A stretch of DNA of 64,000 nt from an uncultured Actinomycetes bacterium (GTDB lineage: Bacteria; Actinomycetota; Thermoleophilia; RBG-16-64-13). The position numbers were made by a program, and so were the translations under genes. The stretch lies in contig CAWEJM010000010.1 of the NCBI GenBank assembly GCA_963809395.1, forward strand, positions 117,776-181,775, written 5' to 3'. Shown piece by piece: positions 1 through 9,722 of this stretch (positions within the stretch are counted from its first letter, which is position 1; the number at the start of each line of letters is the position of its first letter). The notes below the pieces were generated by a model. That model worked only from the letters and a program-made list of their open reading frames with translations, had not been told where the DNA came from and did not search any database.

Positions 1-93
1 GATCCCGTTGTACGGGAGTGTACGCACGCCCTCGGTGGCCGTGCAGGGGATCGCGGTTTCTGGGACATAGCGATCGACGAGACACGAGGAGGG

Positions 94-645
94 ATGTTGG
101 AGAAGGCATCGTTGGGCAAGCTTCTGCTGGCTACGGCCTATCTGGAGGGTGACTTCGTGCTCCGCTCCGGGAGGCGCAGCAAGTACTATCTGGACAAGTA
201 TCTCTTCGAGACCGAGCCGCAGGTGCTGCGCGGGATCGTCTACGAGATGGCCATGATGATCCGCGATCGATTGGCTTCGGGCGAGGAATACCAGCGCCTG
301 GCGGCGCCGGAGCTGGGTGGCGTGGTGCTGGGAGCGGGGCTCTCTCTGGAGCTGGGTCTGCCGCTGCTGCTGGTGCGGAAGCTCTCCAAGGAGTACGGCA
401 CCAGCAAGCGCATCGAGGGACGGTACTGCCCGGGTGAGGAGGTGGCGTTGATCGAGGATATCGTGACGTCGGCGGGCGCGGCCATAATGGCGGCCGAGGC
501 TCTGCGCGAAGCCGGCATCGTGGTCAAGGACCTCTATTGCGTCGTGGATCGGGAGGAGGGCGGTGCCGAGGCAGCGACCGCCGCGGGACTCACTCTGCGC
601 CCCTTGTTCACCTCGTCGGAGCTGGGAATCGCTCCCCGGCCCTGA
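94..645 (+). CDS. pyrE: orotate phosphoribosyltransferase
   Basis: 183-aa intact ORF; OPRTase/PRPP-binding motifs (GDFVLRSGRRSKYYLD, VALIEDIVTSAG). Confidence 0.85.
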   Translation: MLEKASLGKLLLATAYLEGDFVLRSGRRSKYYLDKYLFETEPQVLRGIVYEMAMMIRDRLASGEEYQRLAAPELGGVVLGAGLSLELGLPLLLVRKLSKEYGTSKRIEGRYCPGEEVALIEDIVTSAGAAIMAAEALREAGIVVKDLYCVVDREEGGAEAATAAGLTLRPLFTSSELGIAPRP

Positions 646-746
646 AATACAGGTTTTTGCCTCTATCCGAGCGAAGAAACCGCTTGTGCGTGACTCGTGG
701 GATTTGCTAAGGTACAGATGTACCGCGTGGACAAAGGGAGGTAACT

Positions 747-1019
747 GTGACCAAAGCCGAGTTTGTGGACAAGCTTGCAGCAAAGAGTGGTCTCACCAAG
801 AAAGACGCCGCCAGCGTAGTGGATGCGTTCGTGGATGTGGTCACCGACTCGCTCAAGAAGGGGGAGGACGTTCAGTTCACCGGTTTCGGCAAGTTCTACG
901 TGCAGAAGCGCGAGGCCAGGGAAGGGATCAACCCGCAGACCAAGGCCAAGATCAAGATTCCGGCCACCACTGTTCCCAAGTTCAGCGCGGGCCTCGCTCT
1001 CAAGAACGCCGTCAAGTGA
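747..1019 (+). CDS. hup: HU family DNA-binding protein
   Basis: 90-aa ORF, GTG start after RBS aaagggagg; classic HU sequence (MTKAEFVDKLA...GFGKF...NPQTKAKIKIPA). Confidence 0.9.
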   Translation: MTKAEFVDKLAAKSGLTKKDAASVVDAFVDVVTDSLKKGEDVQFTGFGKFYVQKREAREGINPQTKAKIKIPATTVPKFSAGLALKNAVK

Positions 1020-1045
1020 TCCTGCACGCATGACAGGAGTCACCG

Positions 1046-1072
1046 GGGCCGCGTCATGCGGCCCTTTCTCTT
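1046..1072 (+). terminator. rho-independent terminator after hup
   Basis: GGGCCGC-gtcat-GCGGCCC hairpin followed by T-rich tract tttctcttcc. Confidence 0.6.
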
Positions 1073-1203
1073 CCTGGAGACGGACCGCAAGCCTGCCGAC
1101 GGGACCGACAAGAAAGGTGACGTAGGTTGGCCGAGGAACGGTTAGCGGGGAACATTTCGCCGATCGTCTGCTGGAGGCGATCGAGGCGAAGCGATCGCAC
1201 GTC

Positions 1204-2043
1204 GTGCTGGGCCTCGACCCCGACTACGACCTACTCCCTCCTGAGATCCGAGCCGCCTACCCGCGAGCCGAGTACGAAACCGACGAGCAGATGAAGGTCG
1301 CCTGCTACCGGCAGTTCCTCAGCGGCTTGCTGCACCGCCTGCGCGGGGAGGCGGTGGCCGTCAAGATCCAGATCGCCTACTTCGAGGCCCTGGGGGCGCG
1401 TGGCTACGAGCTGTACGAGAACATGGTCGCCCTGGCGAAGGACATGGGCTATCTGGTCATAGCCGACGTAAAGCGGGGCGACATCGGCAGCACGGCCGAG
1501 GCCTATGCCCGCGCTCATCTGGATGTGGCCGGCGCGGACGCGGTGACCGTCAATCCGTACTTCGGCACCGACGGACTGGAGCCGTTCTTCCGCAGGGCGC
1601 GAGAGGCCGGCAAGGGGGTGTTCGTGCTGGTCAAGACCTCCAATCCCAGCTCCGCGGAGATACAGGATCTGCCCTTGGCCTCGGGCGGCCCGCTGTACGG
1701 CCGGGTGGCGGAACTGGTGAACGAATGGGGTGAGGGGACCGGGGGGAGCCGCGGTTACCGGGCGGTGGGAGCGGTCGTGGGCGGGACTCATCCCGAACAG
1801 GGAGCCGCGCTGCGCCTGCGGATGCCGGGAGTGCCTCTGCTCATACCCGGGTACGGGGCCCAAGGCGCCCAGGCCGGCGATCTCGCGGCTCTGTTCGATG
1901 CGAAGGGCACCGGGGCGGTGGTCAATTCAGCCCGTGCCATCCTCTATGCCTACCGGAAACGACCGGGCGACTGGCAGGAGGCGGCCGTGATCGAGGCTCG
2001 GGAGATGAAGGCAGCGTTGTGGACGGCGGCGGGTCGTGGCTAG
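1204..2043 (+). CDS. pyrF: orotidine 5'-phosphate decarboxylase (long type 2 form)
   Basis: 279-aa ORF; ODCase type 2 motifs (VVLGLDPD, IADVKRGDIGSTAEAY); open frame continues upstream to about 1126, so true N-terminus is uncertain. Confidence 0.8.
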   Translation: MLGLDPDYDLLPPEIRAAYPRAEYETDEQMKVACYRQFLSGLLHRLRGEAVAVKIQIAYFEALGARGYELYENMVALAKDMGYLVIADVKRGDIGSTAEAYARAHLDVAGADAVTVNPYFGTDGLEPFFRRAREAGKGVFVLVKTSNPSSAEIQDLPLASGGPLYGRVAELVNEWGEGTGGSRGYRAVGAVVGGTHPEQGAALRLRMPGVPLLIPGYGAQGAQAGDLAALFDAKGTGAVVNSARAILYAYRKRPGDWQEAAVIEAREMKAALWTAAGRG

Positions 2044-2254
2044 AGAGGACGATCCTCTCGACGAGTGGGGCGACCAGGGCGACCAGAGCGCGATTTCGTG
2101 GGTGCGTACTCTCGTGCTCCCGCTCGCGGTGCTGGTGGTGTTCGTTGCGGTCGTGAGCGGTCTGGTCCTGGGCGGGGTGGTGCAGGGGCACGAGTCGCGC
2201 GTCGGTCCCGACCACGCGCCGACGACGCGGCCGACGGTGGAGATCGCTCCCTGA
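2036..2254 (+). CDS. small hypothetical membrane protein
   Basis: 72-aa ORF with one clear hydrophobic TM stretch (LVLPLAVLVVFVAVVSGLVLGGVV); GTG start overlaps pyrF stop; weak support. Confidence 0.25.
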   Translation: MAREDDPLDEWGDQGDQSAISWVRTLVLPLAVLVVFVAVVSGLVLGGVVQGHESRVGPDHAPTTRPTVEIAP

Positions 2255-2275
2255 AACCGGAGGGGGACGGCCCGC

Positions 2276-2983
2276 CTAGACCGGGCTCTGTCGCCTGATC
2301 TGCTCGTAGAGGAATATGAGCACCAGATCGACGAAGAGGATGATGAACGATTCCACCAGTATCTGGCTGAGCGGCAGAAGGATGAACACTCCGCCGGCCT
2401 TCTGGTAGTAGAGGTCATAGAGGCTGTGCAGACCGAAATACACCACCTGTAGGACGACGAAGATGATCACGACGGTGGCCCACCGGCGGCCCAGTAGCTG
2501 GACGCTCCTTCGCAGGGCCGGGAAGAAGGCCAGCTGCTCAAACACGATGACGTAGTCGGCGAAGACGATGAGGATGGCCACCACCAGCACTGCGCCCGCA
2601 ACCAGTTGCTCGAGGACGGTGCTCGCAGGGACCGCCAGGGGCAACGTCCACACCACCAGGTTCGCGAACAGGTAGAAGAGTGACAGTCTTCCCGCTTCTT
2701 CCCAGCTGCGCGGCGCCAGAGGATAACCCAGGCCGGCGATGGCGCGGAAGTAGGGAGCCCTGATCATGGCGGCGAGGGCGCAGACCGCCAGCCCAACGAA
2801 GACGGCCACAGCGAGAGCGGGGCTGAACGAGAATCCGGTGAAGAAGTGATCCCGGACGTACTGCCAGCGGTCGAAGTTGGCGGCGACGAACGTACTCCAG
2901 CGCAGGCTCTCGCCGTTGGCTGCGTAGACCGCGAGAAAGGCGATCGTGTTGATCACTGCCAGCGCCAGGGGATAGACGATCAA
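2276..2983 (-). CDS. hypothetical polytopic membrane protein
   Basis: 235-aa ORF with multiple hydrophobic helices; divergent from dacB-like gene. Confidence 0.5.
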   Translation of the reverse strand: MIVYPLALAVINTIAFLAVYAANGESLRWSTFVAANFDRWQYVRDHFFTGFSFSPALAVAVFVGLAVCALAAMIRAPYFRAIAGLGYPLAPRSWEEAGRLSLFYLFANLVVWTLPLAVPASTVLEQLVAGAVLVVAILIVFADYVIVFEQLAFFPALRRSVQLLGRRWATVVIIFVVLQVVYFGLHSLYDLYYQKAGGVFILLPLSQILVESFIILFVDLVLIFLYEQIRRQSPV

Positions 2984-3157
2984 CCACTGCTTCCGGATCA
3001 GCCGGTCCCAGGCGCGGCGCAGTACCTCGGCGATCTTCGCACCTCCCTTGTGATGCTCTTGTCAGTGGCGAAGTATAACATCGGGCCTTTGGCTTCCCGG
3101 CGGGCGCGGGCGCGCCGGCGGCGAGACTGCCGAGGGGCCCATGCTATACTCCGGCAC

Positions 3158-4469
3158 ATGATGCCTCTGACAGCCAGACGGGGGTGGCTGGGCCCGCTCC
3201 TGGTCTTCGCGCTCGTTCTCGCGCTGATGGTATCGGTCCCGACCGGCATCGCGCGGGGCAGTACGACCACCACCTTTGCAGCCGTTTCTCCGTCCGGCGC
3301 GACCGAGGGCCAGCCGTCCGTTGTCGGCTCCTCCTCGGTCGGCTCGCTGACCGCGATCTTCACCGTTCGCGCGAAGGACCTGGGCGATTTTGCCGCCGAT
3401 GTTCCCACGATAAGGTCTCCGGCGGCCATCCTCATCAACGCCGATACAGGCAAGGTCCTTTACGAGCGCAAGGCCGACGTACGCAGGCCCATGGCGTCGA
3501 CCACCAAGATAATGACCGGCATTCTCATTCTGGAGAACATGGATCTAAAGACTCCCGTCACCGTGTCCAAGATCGCTGCCCAGACCCCGGAGCCTGCCAC
3601 CTGGCTCCGTGAGGGCGACGTATTGACCGTGGAGCAGCTGCTCTACGCCCTGCTGCTGCGAAGCGCCAACTCAGCCGCCGTGGCCCTGGCCGAAGCCTGC
3701 TCGGGAAGTGTGGAGGCGTTTGTGGCCATGATGAACGCCAAGGCGAAAGAACTGGGGATGAACGACACGCAGTTCGTCAATCCCAACGGTCTGGACAAGA
3801 CCGGTCACTACTCCACCGCCGCCGACATGGCCCGGCTGGGGCAGTACGCCATGAAGAACGAGGAGTTCCGCAAGATCGTGAGCACTCTGAGCTACACGCT
3901 CTCGTTGCCGGGGCGGTCGGCGCCGCTGGTCTTCGAGAACCACAACGTGCTGCTGGGCCGGCTCGGTTGGGTGACGGGCATCAAGACCGGGCTGACCCCC
4001 AAGGCCGAGCAGTGCCTCGTCGGCTTCGGGCACCAAAGATGGAGTATCGGTCATCAGCGTCGTACTGGGGCAGCCGGTGCCGGAGGTGTGTTGGGACGAG
4101 AGCCAGGCCCTCATGGAGTACGGTCTCGCTCAGTATCGTCACGTGACTCTCATGAACGAAGGGGTAGTGGTGGCCGAGACCGCCGTTCCGTATCAGCTCG
4201 ACGGGCGTGTAGGACTGGTCACCGCGGGCTCCGTGGAGATGGATCTATACAAGGACGACGAGGTCACCACCTCGATCGCCCTCGACCGGCCCTTGGTTCT
4301 TCCGGTGACGGAGGGAGAGTCGTTTGGCCGAGTCGTGCTCACCGTGGGGGGGACAACCGTGGGGACGGTGGATCTGGTGGCAGACACCTCATTTGGGAAG
4401 ACCACTCTCGGATCGAAACTTGGATACTACTGGGATCGCTTCACCAGATGGATTGGACGGGTGACGTAG
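3158..4469 (+). CDS. D-alanyl-D-alanine carboxypeptidase (serine-type, PBP5/6 family), frameshifted in this assembly
   Basis: Signal peptide, then SxxK (ASTTKIM), SxN (SANSAA), KTG motifs; frame jumps +1 near 4025 (CLVGFG vs expected [19 protein letters not shown], extra G in gtcggcttcg); C-terminal domain continues in ORF 4077..4469. Confidence 0.8.
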
Positions 4470-4473
4470 GACG

Positions 4474-5419
4474 ATGATACTCACGGTGACCCTCAATCCG
4501 GCCCTCGACCGGACCATGACCGTCCCCAACTTTCAGGCCGGCTTCCGCCACAGGGCGACGGACACGGTCATCCTGCCCGGCGGCAAAGGCATCAACGTCG
4601 CTCGAGCGGTCAAGACCTTGGGGCGGCCGGTCATCGCTACCGGCTTCCTGGGAGGGCGCAAGGGCGATCAGATCCTGGCCGACCTGAACGGCGAAGGCAT
4701 CCTCAGCGATTTCGTGCGCATCGAGGACGAATCGAGATTGTCCACCGCGGTGGTCGACCCGGCGACGAACGCCGTCACTGAGATCACCGAGCATGGCCCT
4801 GAGATCCGGCCGGAAGAGATGGACCTGCTGTACGAGAAGCTGGAGTACCTGGGCAAGGCGGCCGACATCGTGATCATAGCCGGCAGTGTTCCCCGCGGCT
4901 TGGATGACGACTGTTACGCTCAGATGATCCAACGGCTGCGGCGGCTGGGGGTGAAGATCTTCTTCTACACGTATGGGGAGCCGCTCCGTCAAGGCATCAA
5001 AGCCGGCCCCGACTACGTGTTTCCCAAGCTGGTGGAGGCGGAGAAGGTCATCGGGTATGAGTTCACCGGCATGGAGGATCGCATCCAAGCGGCTCGGCGC
5101 ATGCGAGAGATGGGGGGCGGTTCCGTGGTGGTAACCTTCCGCTATGGGTGCGTTGCTGAACTGGCCGAGGAAGGCGGCAGCCGCACGTTCATCGGCACGA
5201 TGCCGAAAGTGGACGTCATCTCGCCTATGGGCTGGGGTGACGCGCTGGTAGGGGGATACGCCGTGCGTTTGATGGAAGGCGACGCGCCGCTCGGAGTGTC
5301 TGCGTTTTGGCCTCGGCTGTGCGGCAGCCAACTTGATCCGATACGGGGCGGGGTTGTTCTCTCCCGCCGATGCGGTGGAGTTGGCCCGGCGGGGTCGAAT
5401 TGGAGGAGGTGCCTGCTGA
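4474..5419 (+). CDS. PfkB-family sugar kinase (1-phosphofructokinase/tagatose-6-P kinase-like), frameshifted
   Basis: N-terminus [14 protein letters not shown] typical of FruK/LacC; GWGDALVGG anion hole; extra G near 5290 moves true C-terminus ([22 protein letters not shown]...) into another frame ending at TGA 5417-5419; apparent fusion to guaA in ORF track is artifact. Confidence 0.75.
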
Positions 5420-5436
5420 AAAGTAAGGCCGACACC

Positions 5437-6965
5437 GTCAAGAAGATCCTGGTCGTCGATTTCGGCGGCCAGTACGCGCAGCTCATCACCCGGCGGGTGC
5501 GGGAGTGCCGGGTCTATTCGGAGCTCATCCCCTACGACACTCCGGCGGCCGACATCAAGGCCGCGGCTCCGGCGGGGCTGATCCTGTCCGGAGGTCCGCG
5601 CAGCGTCAATGATCCCGACGCGCCCGTCGGTCGACCCGGAGATCTTCGACCTTGGGTGTTCCGGTGCTGGGCATCTGCTACGGCCTGCAGCTCATGGCCA
5701 AGCTCAAGGGTGGGCTGGTAGCGCGCACCGAACAGGCGGAGTACGGGGGCACGGCGGTCAAGGTGACCGAGCCGGGTGCCCTATTCGGCGGCCTTCCCGC
5801 CGACATGGTCTGTTGGATGAGCCACGGGGACTCGGTGCTGGAAGTGCCGCCGGGTTTCGCGGGCATCGCCCAGAGTCCCTGCCTGCCGGTCGCAGCCATG
5901 GAGGACCGGGGAGCCAAGCTCTACGGGGTCCAGTTCCATCCTGAGGTGCGGCACACGGAATACGGGCAGGACATTCTTAAGAATTTCCTGTACAAGATCT
6001 GCGACATAGCCCCCACCTGGACGCCGGTCTCGATCATCGAGGAGGCGGTCGCTCGCATCCAGGCCCAGGTCGGGAGCGAGCGGGTGGTGTGCGGGCTTTC
6101 CGGCGGCGTGGACTCAGCCGTAGCCGCGCTTCTCACCTACAAGGCGGTGGGCGATCAACTCACCTGCATCTTCGTCGACCATGGGTTCATGCGCAAGAAC
6201 GAGGGCGAGCAGGTGGAGAAGACCTTCCAGAGACACTTCCACGTGCCGCTGGTGCACGTGCGGGCGCAGGAGCGCTTTCTGGCCAAGCTGGCGGGTGTCT
6301 CGGAGCCGGAGCAGAAGCGGAAGATCATCGGCGAGGAGTTCATCCGCACGTTCGAAGAGGAATCGCACAAGCTGGGCAAGGCCCGTTTCCTGGTGCAGGG
6401 AACCCTGTACCCCGACGTGATCGAGTCGGGCACGAGGGAGGCGGCCAAGATCAAGTCCCACCACAACGTCGGCGGTCTGCCGGAAGACATCGACTTCGAG
6501 TTGGTGGAGCCGTTGCGCATGCTGTTCAAGGATGAGGTGCGGGTGGTGGGCGAGGAGCTGGGCATGCCGGACGACATGGTCTGGCGGCAACCCTTCCCGG
6601 GCCCGGGCTTGGCCATCCGCATCATCGGCGACGTGACCAAAGAGCGGCTGCAGATCCTGCAAGACGCCGATGCCGTCCTCCTCGACGAGATCAAGCGGGC
6701 AGGGTTCTACCGGCAGGTGTGGCAGTCGTTCGCGGTGTTGCCGGCCATCCGCAGCGTTGGAGTCATGGGCGATGAGCGCACCTATGCCTATCCCATCGTG
6801 GTGCGGGCGGTCACGTCCGACGACGCCATGACGGCCGACTGGGCCCGTCTTCCCTACGACCTCCTGGAACGGATCTCCAACCGCATCATCAACGAAGTGC
6901 CCGGTGTGAACCGGGTCGTGCTCGACATCTCCAGCAAACCGCCCTCCACCATCGAATGGGAGTAG
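5437..6965 (+). CDS. guaA: GMP synthase (glutamine-hydrolysing)
   Basis: GATase domain ([30 protein letters not shown]) plus ATP-PPase domain (SGGVDSAV) and C-terminal dimerisation domain ending IEWE; two frameshifts within 40 bp around 5625-5655; start codon unclear. Confidence 0.85.
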
Positions 6966-6974
6966 ACGACATAC

Positions 6975-7403
6975 ATGCCTAACGAATTGCCCTTTCCTGA
7001 TCTTGAGAGTCTGTCCCGACGCGCACGCCCGCAGACCGCCGGCTCGGAGGTGAGTCTGGAGCTCATTCACGACCGGGCGTTGTTGGCGGCACACGCAGCC
7101 GTCAACGTAAAGGCGGACGAGGTCAAGATCCTCGACATGCACGAGTTGGTGAGCTACACGGACTACCTCGTGCTGTGCACCGGCCGCAACGTTCGTTTGA
7201 CACGGCGTATCGCGGAGGAGATCGGCTTCAAGGTAAAACAAGAAGCCGGTTTGCTGCCGGCCGGGACCGAGGGCACCGCGGGCGGCGAATGGATTCTGGT
7301 GGATTTCATCGATTTCGTGGTGCATGTGTTTACGCCGGAGGCCCGGGACTTCTACCGGCTGGACATGCTGTGGAAGCAGGCGCCGGTCGAGACGGTGGAG
7401 TAG
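6975..7403 (+). CDS. rsfS: ribosome silencing factor RsfS (Iojap family)
   Basis: 142-aa ORF; DUF143/Iojap core (ILDMHELVSYTDYLVLCTGRNVRLTRRIAEEI). Confidence 0.75.
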   Translation: MPNELPFPDLESLSRRARPQTAGSEVSLELIHDRALLAAHAAVNVKADEVKILDMHELVSYTDYLVLCTGRNVRLTRRIAEEIGFKVKQEAGLLPAGTEGTAGGEWILVDFIDFVVHVFTPEARDFYRLDMLWKQAPVETVE

Positions 7404-7529
7404 GCGCCGTCGCCTGCGCGCGCTCCGGGCAGCGCGGGCGGCACCGGCCGGCTACCGTGGCCGACCAGGCTGTCGGGGCGCGGTTGCACCGGCATAGCGC
7501 AGCGGCTATAATCCGTGGCCGTTCGACGC

Positions 7530-7602
7530 GGGGGTATAGCTCAGTTGGGAGAGCGCGACGCTGGCAGCGTTGAGGCCAGGGGTTCGAGTCCCCTTACCTC
7601 CA
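7530..7602 (+). tRNA. tRNA-Ala (anticodon GGC)
   Basis: Cloverleaf folded by hand: acceptor GGGGGTA/TACCTCC with G3:U70 Ala identity pair, D-arm GCTCAGTTGGGAGAGC, anticodon loop CTGGCAG, T-arm AGGGGTTCGAGTCCCCT; CCA not encoded. Confidence 0.85.
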
Positions 7603-7618
7603 TATCCGCGAGAACGTG

Positions 7619-7650
7619 AGCGCGCCTGCTCCGCCGGGGCGCGCTTTTCG
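7619..7650 (+). terminator. rho-independent terminator after tRNA-Ala (possibly bidirectional)
   Basis: GCGCGCC...GGCGCGC hairpin followed by TTTTCG; lies between tRNA-Ala (+) and end of minus-strand gene 7711..8913. Confidence 0.5.
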
Positions 7651-7710
7651 TTGGGGGCGTCGCCGAACTTGGTTCCGCTATTCGCGCTCACCGTTTGTCG
7701 GTCGCGTGCC

Positions 7711-8913
7711 CTAGTCCTCTCGCGCCTCTCCGCAGTTCGGGCAGAAGCGGTTCTTCTTGGTCAGTTCCTCGCCGCAGGCGACGCACTGGCTGTCGATTTC
7801 CGTACCTTTGTCCGACGCAGCGTCCTGTGCAGCGTCGTTCTTGGGGTTCGCCGCCGGTTTCGGCTTCGCCGCGGCAGCGGGTCTCGTGGCTACGGGTTTC
7901 GCGGCTGGGCTTCGCTGTGTCCTTGGGCGTCCCGCGCTCTTGTTGGCCTTGGCGGAGTTCGCATACAGACGGTAGACGATGAAACCCCCAATGATAACGA
8001 CGATGACCAGTATGGCCGCGAGCAACACGGTGTTCGTGTTCACCTTCGCGGCTGCGGAGTCGCCCGCCTGCGTCGAGCCGGTTCCGGTGCCGGCGGATAG
8101 TGCACCGTCGGGCTTGCCGTACGAGACGACCTGCCCGAGCGTACTGCCGGCCTTCACGTCGGAGAACGTCCCCACCGCGTAGGTGAACCCGTCGTCAGCC
8201 TGGCCCGAACCTTGGAGAGCGGGTTGCACCGTGAAGTCTGTGGCCCGGGCCGGCTGCTGCACGTGTAGGAGCAGCGTGCCCACGTCCAGGGGGAGTTGCA
8301 CCAGCAAGGGGAAGGAGCGCGCCCCGGCACCCGCGGGAAGGCCCGGATCATAGTAGTAGTCGATCTGCAGCGCCCGGAAGTCCGTCACCTGGATGGTGAC
8401 GATGTCCCACACGGCGCCGGTCTGCACCGGCGGATAGGAATCGGCGTAGTTGTACTTGAAGTTGCCGCTCGGGTCGACCTCGGCGATGCCGGCGATCCAC
8501 GCTCCCGTGGGCATGGCGAACTTGAAAGTCGCCGGAAGCTGGACCTCCGCGGGCAAAGAGAAGTTCATGAACACGAGGACGGCATTTTGGTCATACTCCG
8601 GCCATACCTGCACCATCATTTGGTCGGTCTTCCAGCCCGGATTGAGCGGCGTCAGGCCCGCGGCAGGCGGCACCACGGCGGTCACCCCGGCCGCCGTCGA
8701 CGACGTGGTCGCTTCCTGGGTGACGGTTGAGGGCGCCGTGGTCGCGGGAGCCGCGGCCGAAGGTCCCGTCGTCGAGGGCGCCGCGACGGCCTGTGCCGCA
8801 GCCGGACCGCTCAGCACCGCCAGCATCAGCGCGGCTGAGAGCAGCGGCAGAAGCCGCTTGGTGTTTCTCTGGGCAAAGGCTGGCAACCGCATGCACTTCC
8901 TCCTACATGGCAC
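7711..8913 (-). CDS. hypothetical secreted/membrane-anchored protein with C-terminal cytoplasmic zinc ribbon
   Basis: 400-aa ORF: probable signal peptide (MRLPAFAQRNTKRLLPLLSAALMLAVLSGPAAAQA from internal Met at 8892), Ala/Thr/Ser-rich linker, beta-rich extracytoplasmic domain, one TM helix (LLAAILVIVVIIGGFIVY), Lys/Pro/Ala-rich tail ending CVACGEELTKKNRFCPNCGE. Confidence 0.6.
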   Translation of the reverse strand: MPCRRKCMRLPAFAQRNTKRLLPLLSAALMLAVLSGPAAAQAVAAPSTTGPSAAAPATTAPSTVTQEATTSSTAAGVTAVVPPAAGLTPLNPGWKTDQMMVQVWPEYDQNAVLVFMNFSLPAEVQLPATFKFAMPTGAWIAGIAEVDPSGNFKYNYADSYPPVQTGAVWDIVTIQVTDFRALQIDYYYDPGLPAGAGARSFPLLVQLPLDVGTLLLHVQQPARATDFTVQPALQGSGQADDGFTYAVGTFSDVKAGSTLGQVVSYGKPDGALSAGTGTGSTQAGDSAAAKVNTNTVLLAAILVIVVIIGGFIVYRLYANSAKANKSAGRPRTQRSPAAKPVATRPAAAAKPKPAANPKNDAAQDAASDKGTEIDSQCVACGEELTKKNRFCPNCGEARED

Positions 8914-9073
8914 CTCACCGCGCGACCGCGCGGGCGGCGCATAGGCTACTACAGACGGGTAGTGAGCAACAAGGCCGGGCCGTCACATTTCCAGAGGCTG
9001 ATTTCGACTTGTGGAGGGATTGGGATGCGCCTAAGATGGGTCGGCCATTTCTCCACGCAGTCCGGCTTGTCGA

Positions 9074-9722
9074 GTGGTGAATGTTGGCTTCACGGCACAC
9101 AGCAGGTCTATGAACCAGGGCAGCGCACCCATCTACACGGCTCGCGGCGCACGCCCGAGGCCGGCCCCGGACGAGGCCGCGGCCCGGCCTAGGTGGCGCG
9201 GACCGATCATTCTCGCAGTGGTGATGGTCGGGTGGATGTTCTTCGTGCTCGCCCTGGCCGCGATAGCCGCTCCAACGGGGACGGGCGCGGAGACGACTCG
9301 TTCAGATCGGCAGGGGAGTGGCCTTCACGGCGCCTGGCGGGTGGACCTCCGCCGCCGACATCTGGGACGTGGGCCCGGACGCCGTCTCGCTGCAGAAGGC
9401 GGGGGCGCTGGTGGCGTTCGCAGCCGAGGCGTACGACGGCTCCGGCGAGGACCTGCTCGCCGCGGAAACCAAGGAACTCGAGGCCGAGTTCGATTCGTAT
9501 CGCGCGCTGCCGGTCGCTTCTACGACGATCGCGGGAGATGTACCGGCTTTGGTCGTGCTCTTCTCCGGCACGGCTGACTCCGGTCGACTGGAGGGTGAAT
9601 TGGTGGTGGCGGCCCGCGGAGGGACCGGAGTGGCCATGCTCGCCGTCGCCCCGGTCGGGCAGTTGCGCAGTGTGCAGGGCGATCTCGACCGCATGCTGAG
9701 CACGATGGTGGTGCCTCGATGA
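9074..9722 (+). CDS. hypothetical single-pass membrane protein, frameshifted
   Basis: N-terminal TM helix (ILAVVMVGWMFFVLALAAIAAP) in ORF 9074, extracytoplasmic domain continues in ORF 9318..9722 after frameshift near 9300; stop overlaps prsW start (ATGA). Confidence 0.45.

Noticed and set aside
2846-3157. 5' extension of the long plus-strand ORF 2846..4477
   Set aside because: Overlaps the minus-strand membrane protein gene; real carboxypeptidase starts at ATG 3158 with a signal peptide.
4474-6965. Apparent PfkB-GuaA fusion protein
   Set aside because: Created by an extra G near 5290; the PfkB C-terminus and its stop are recoverable in the adjacent frame.
6114-7325. 403-aa minus-strand ORF
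   Set aside because: Lies entirely antisense to guaA and rsfS; Arg/Gly/His-rich low-complexity translation typical of GC-rich shadow frames; no recognisable domain.
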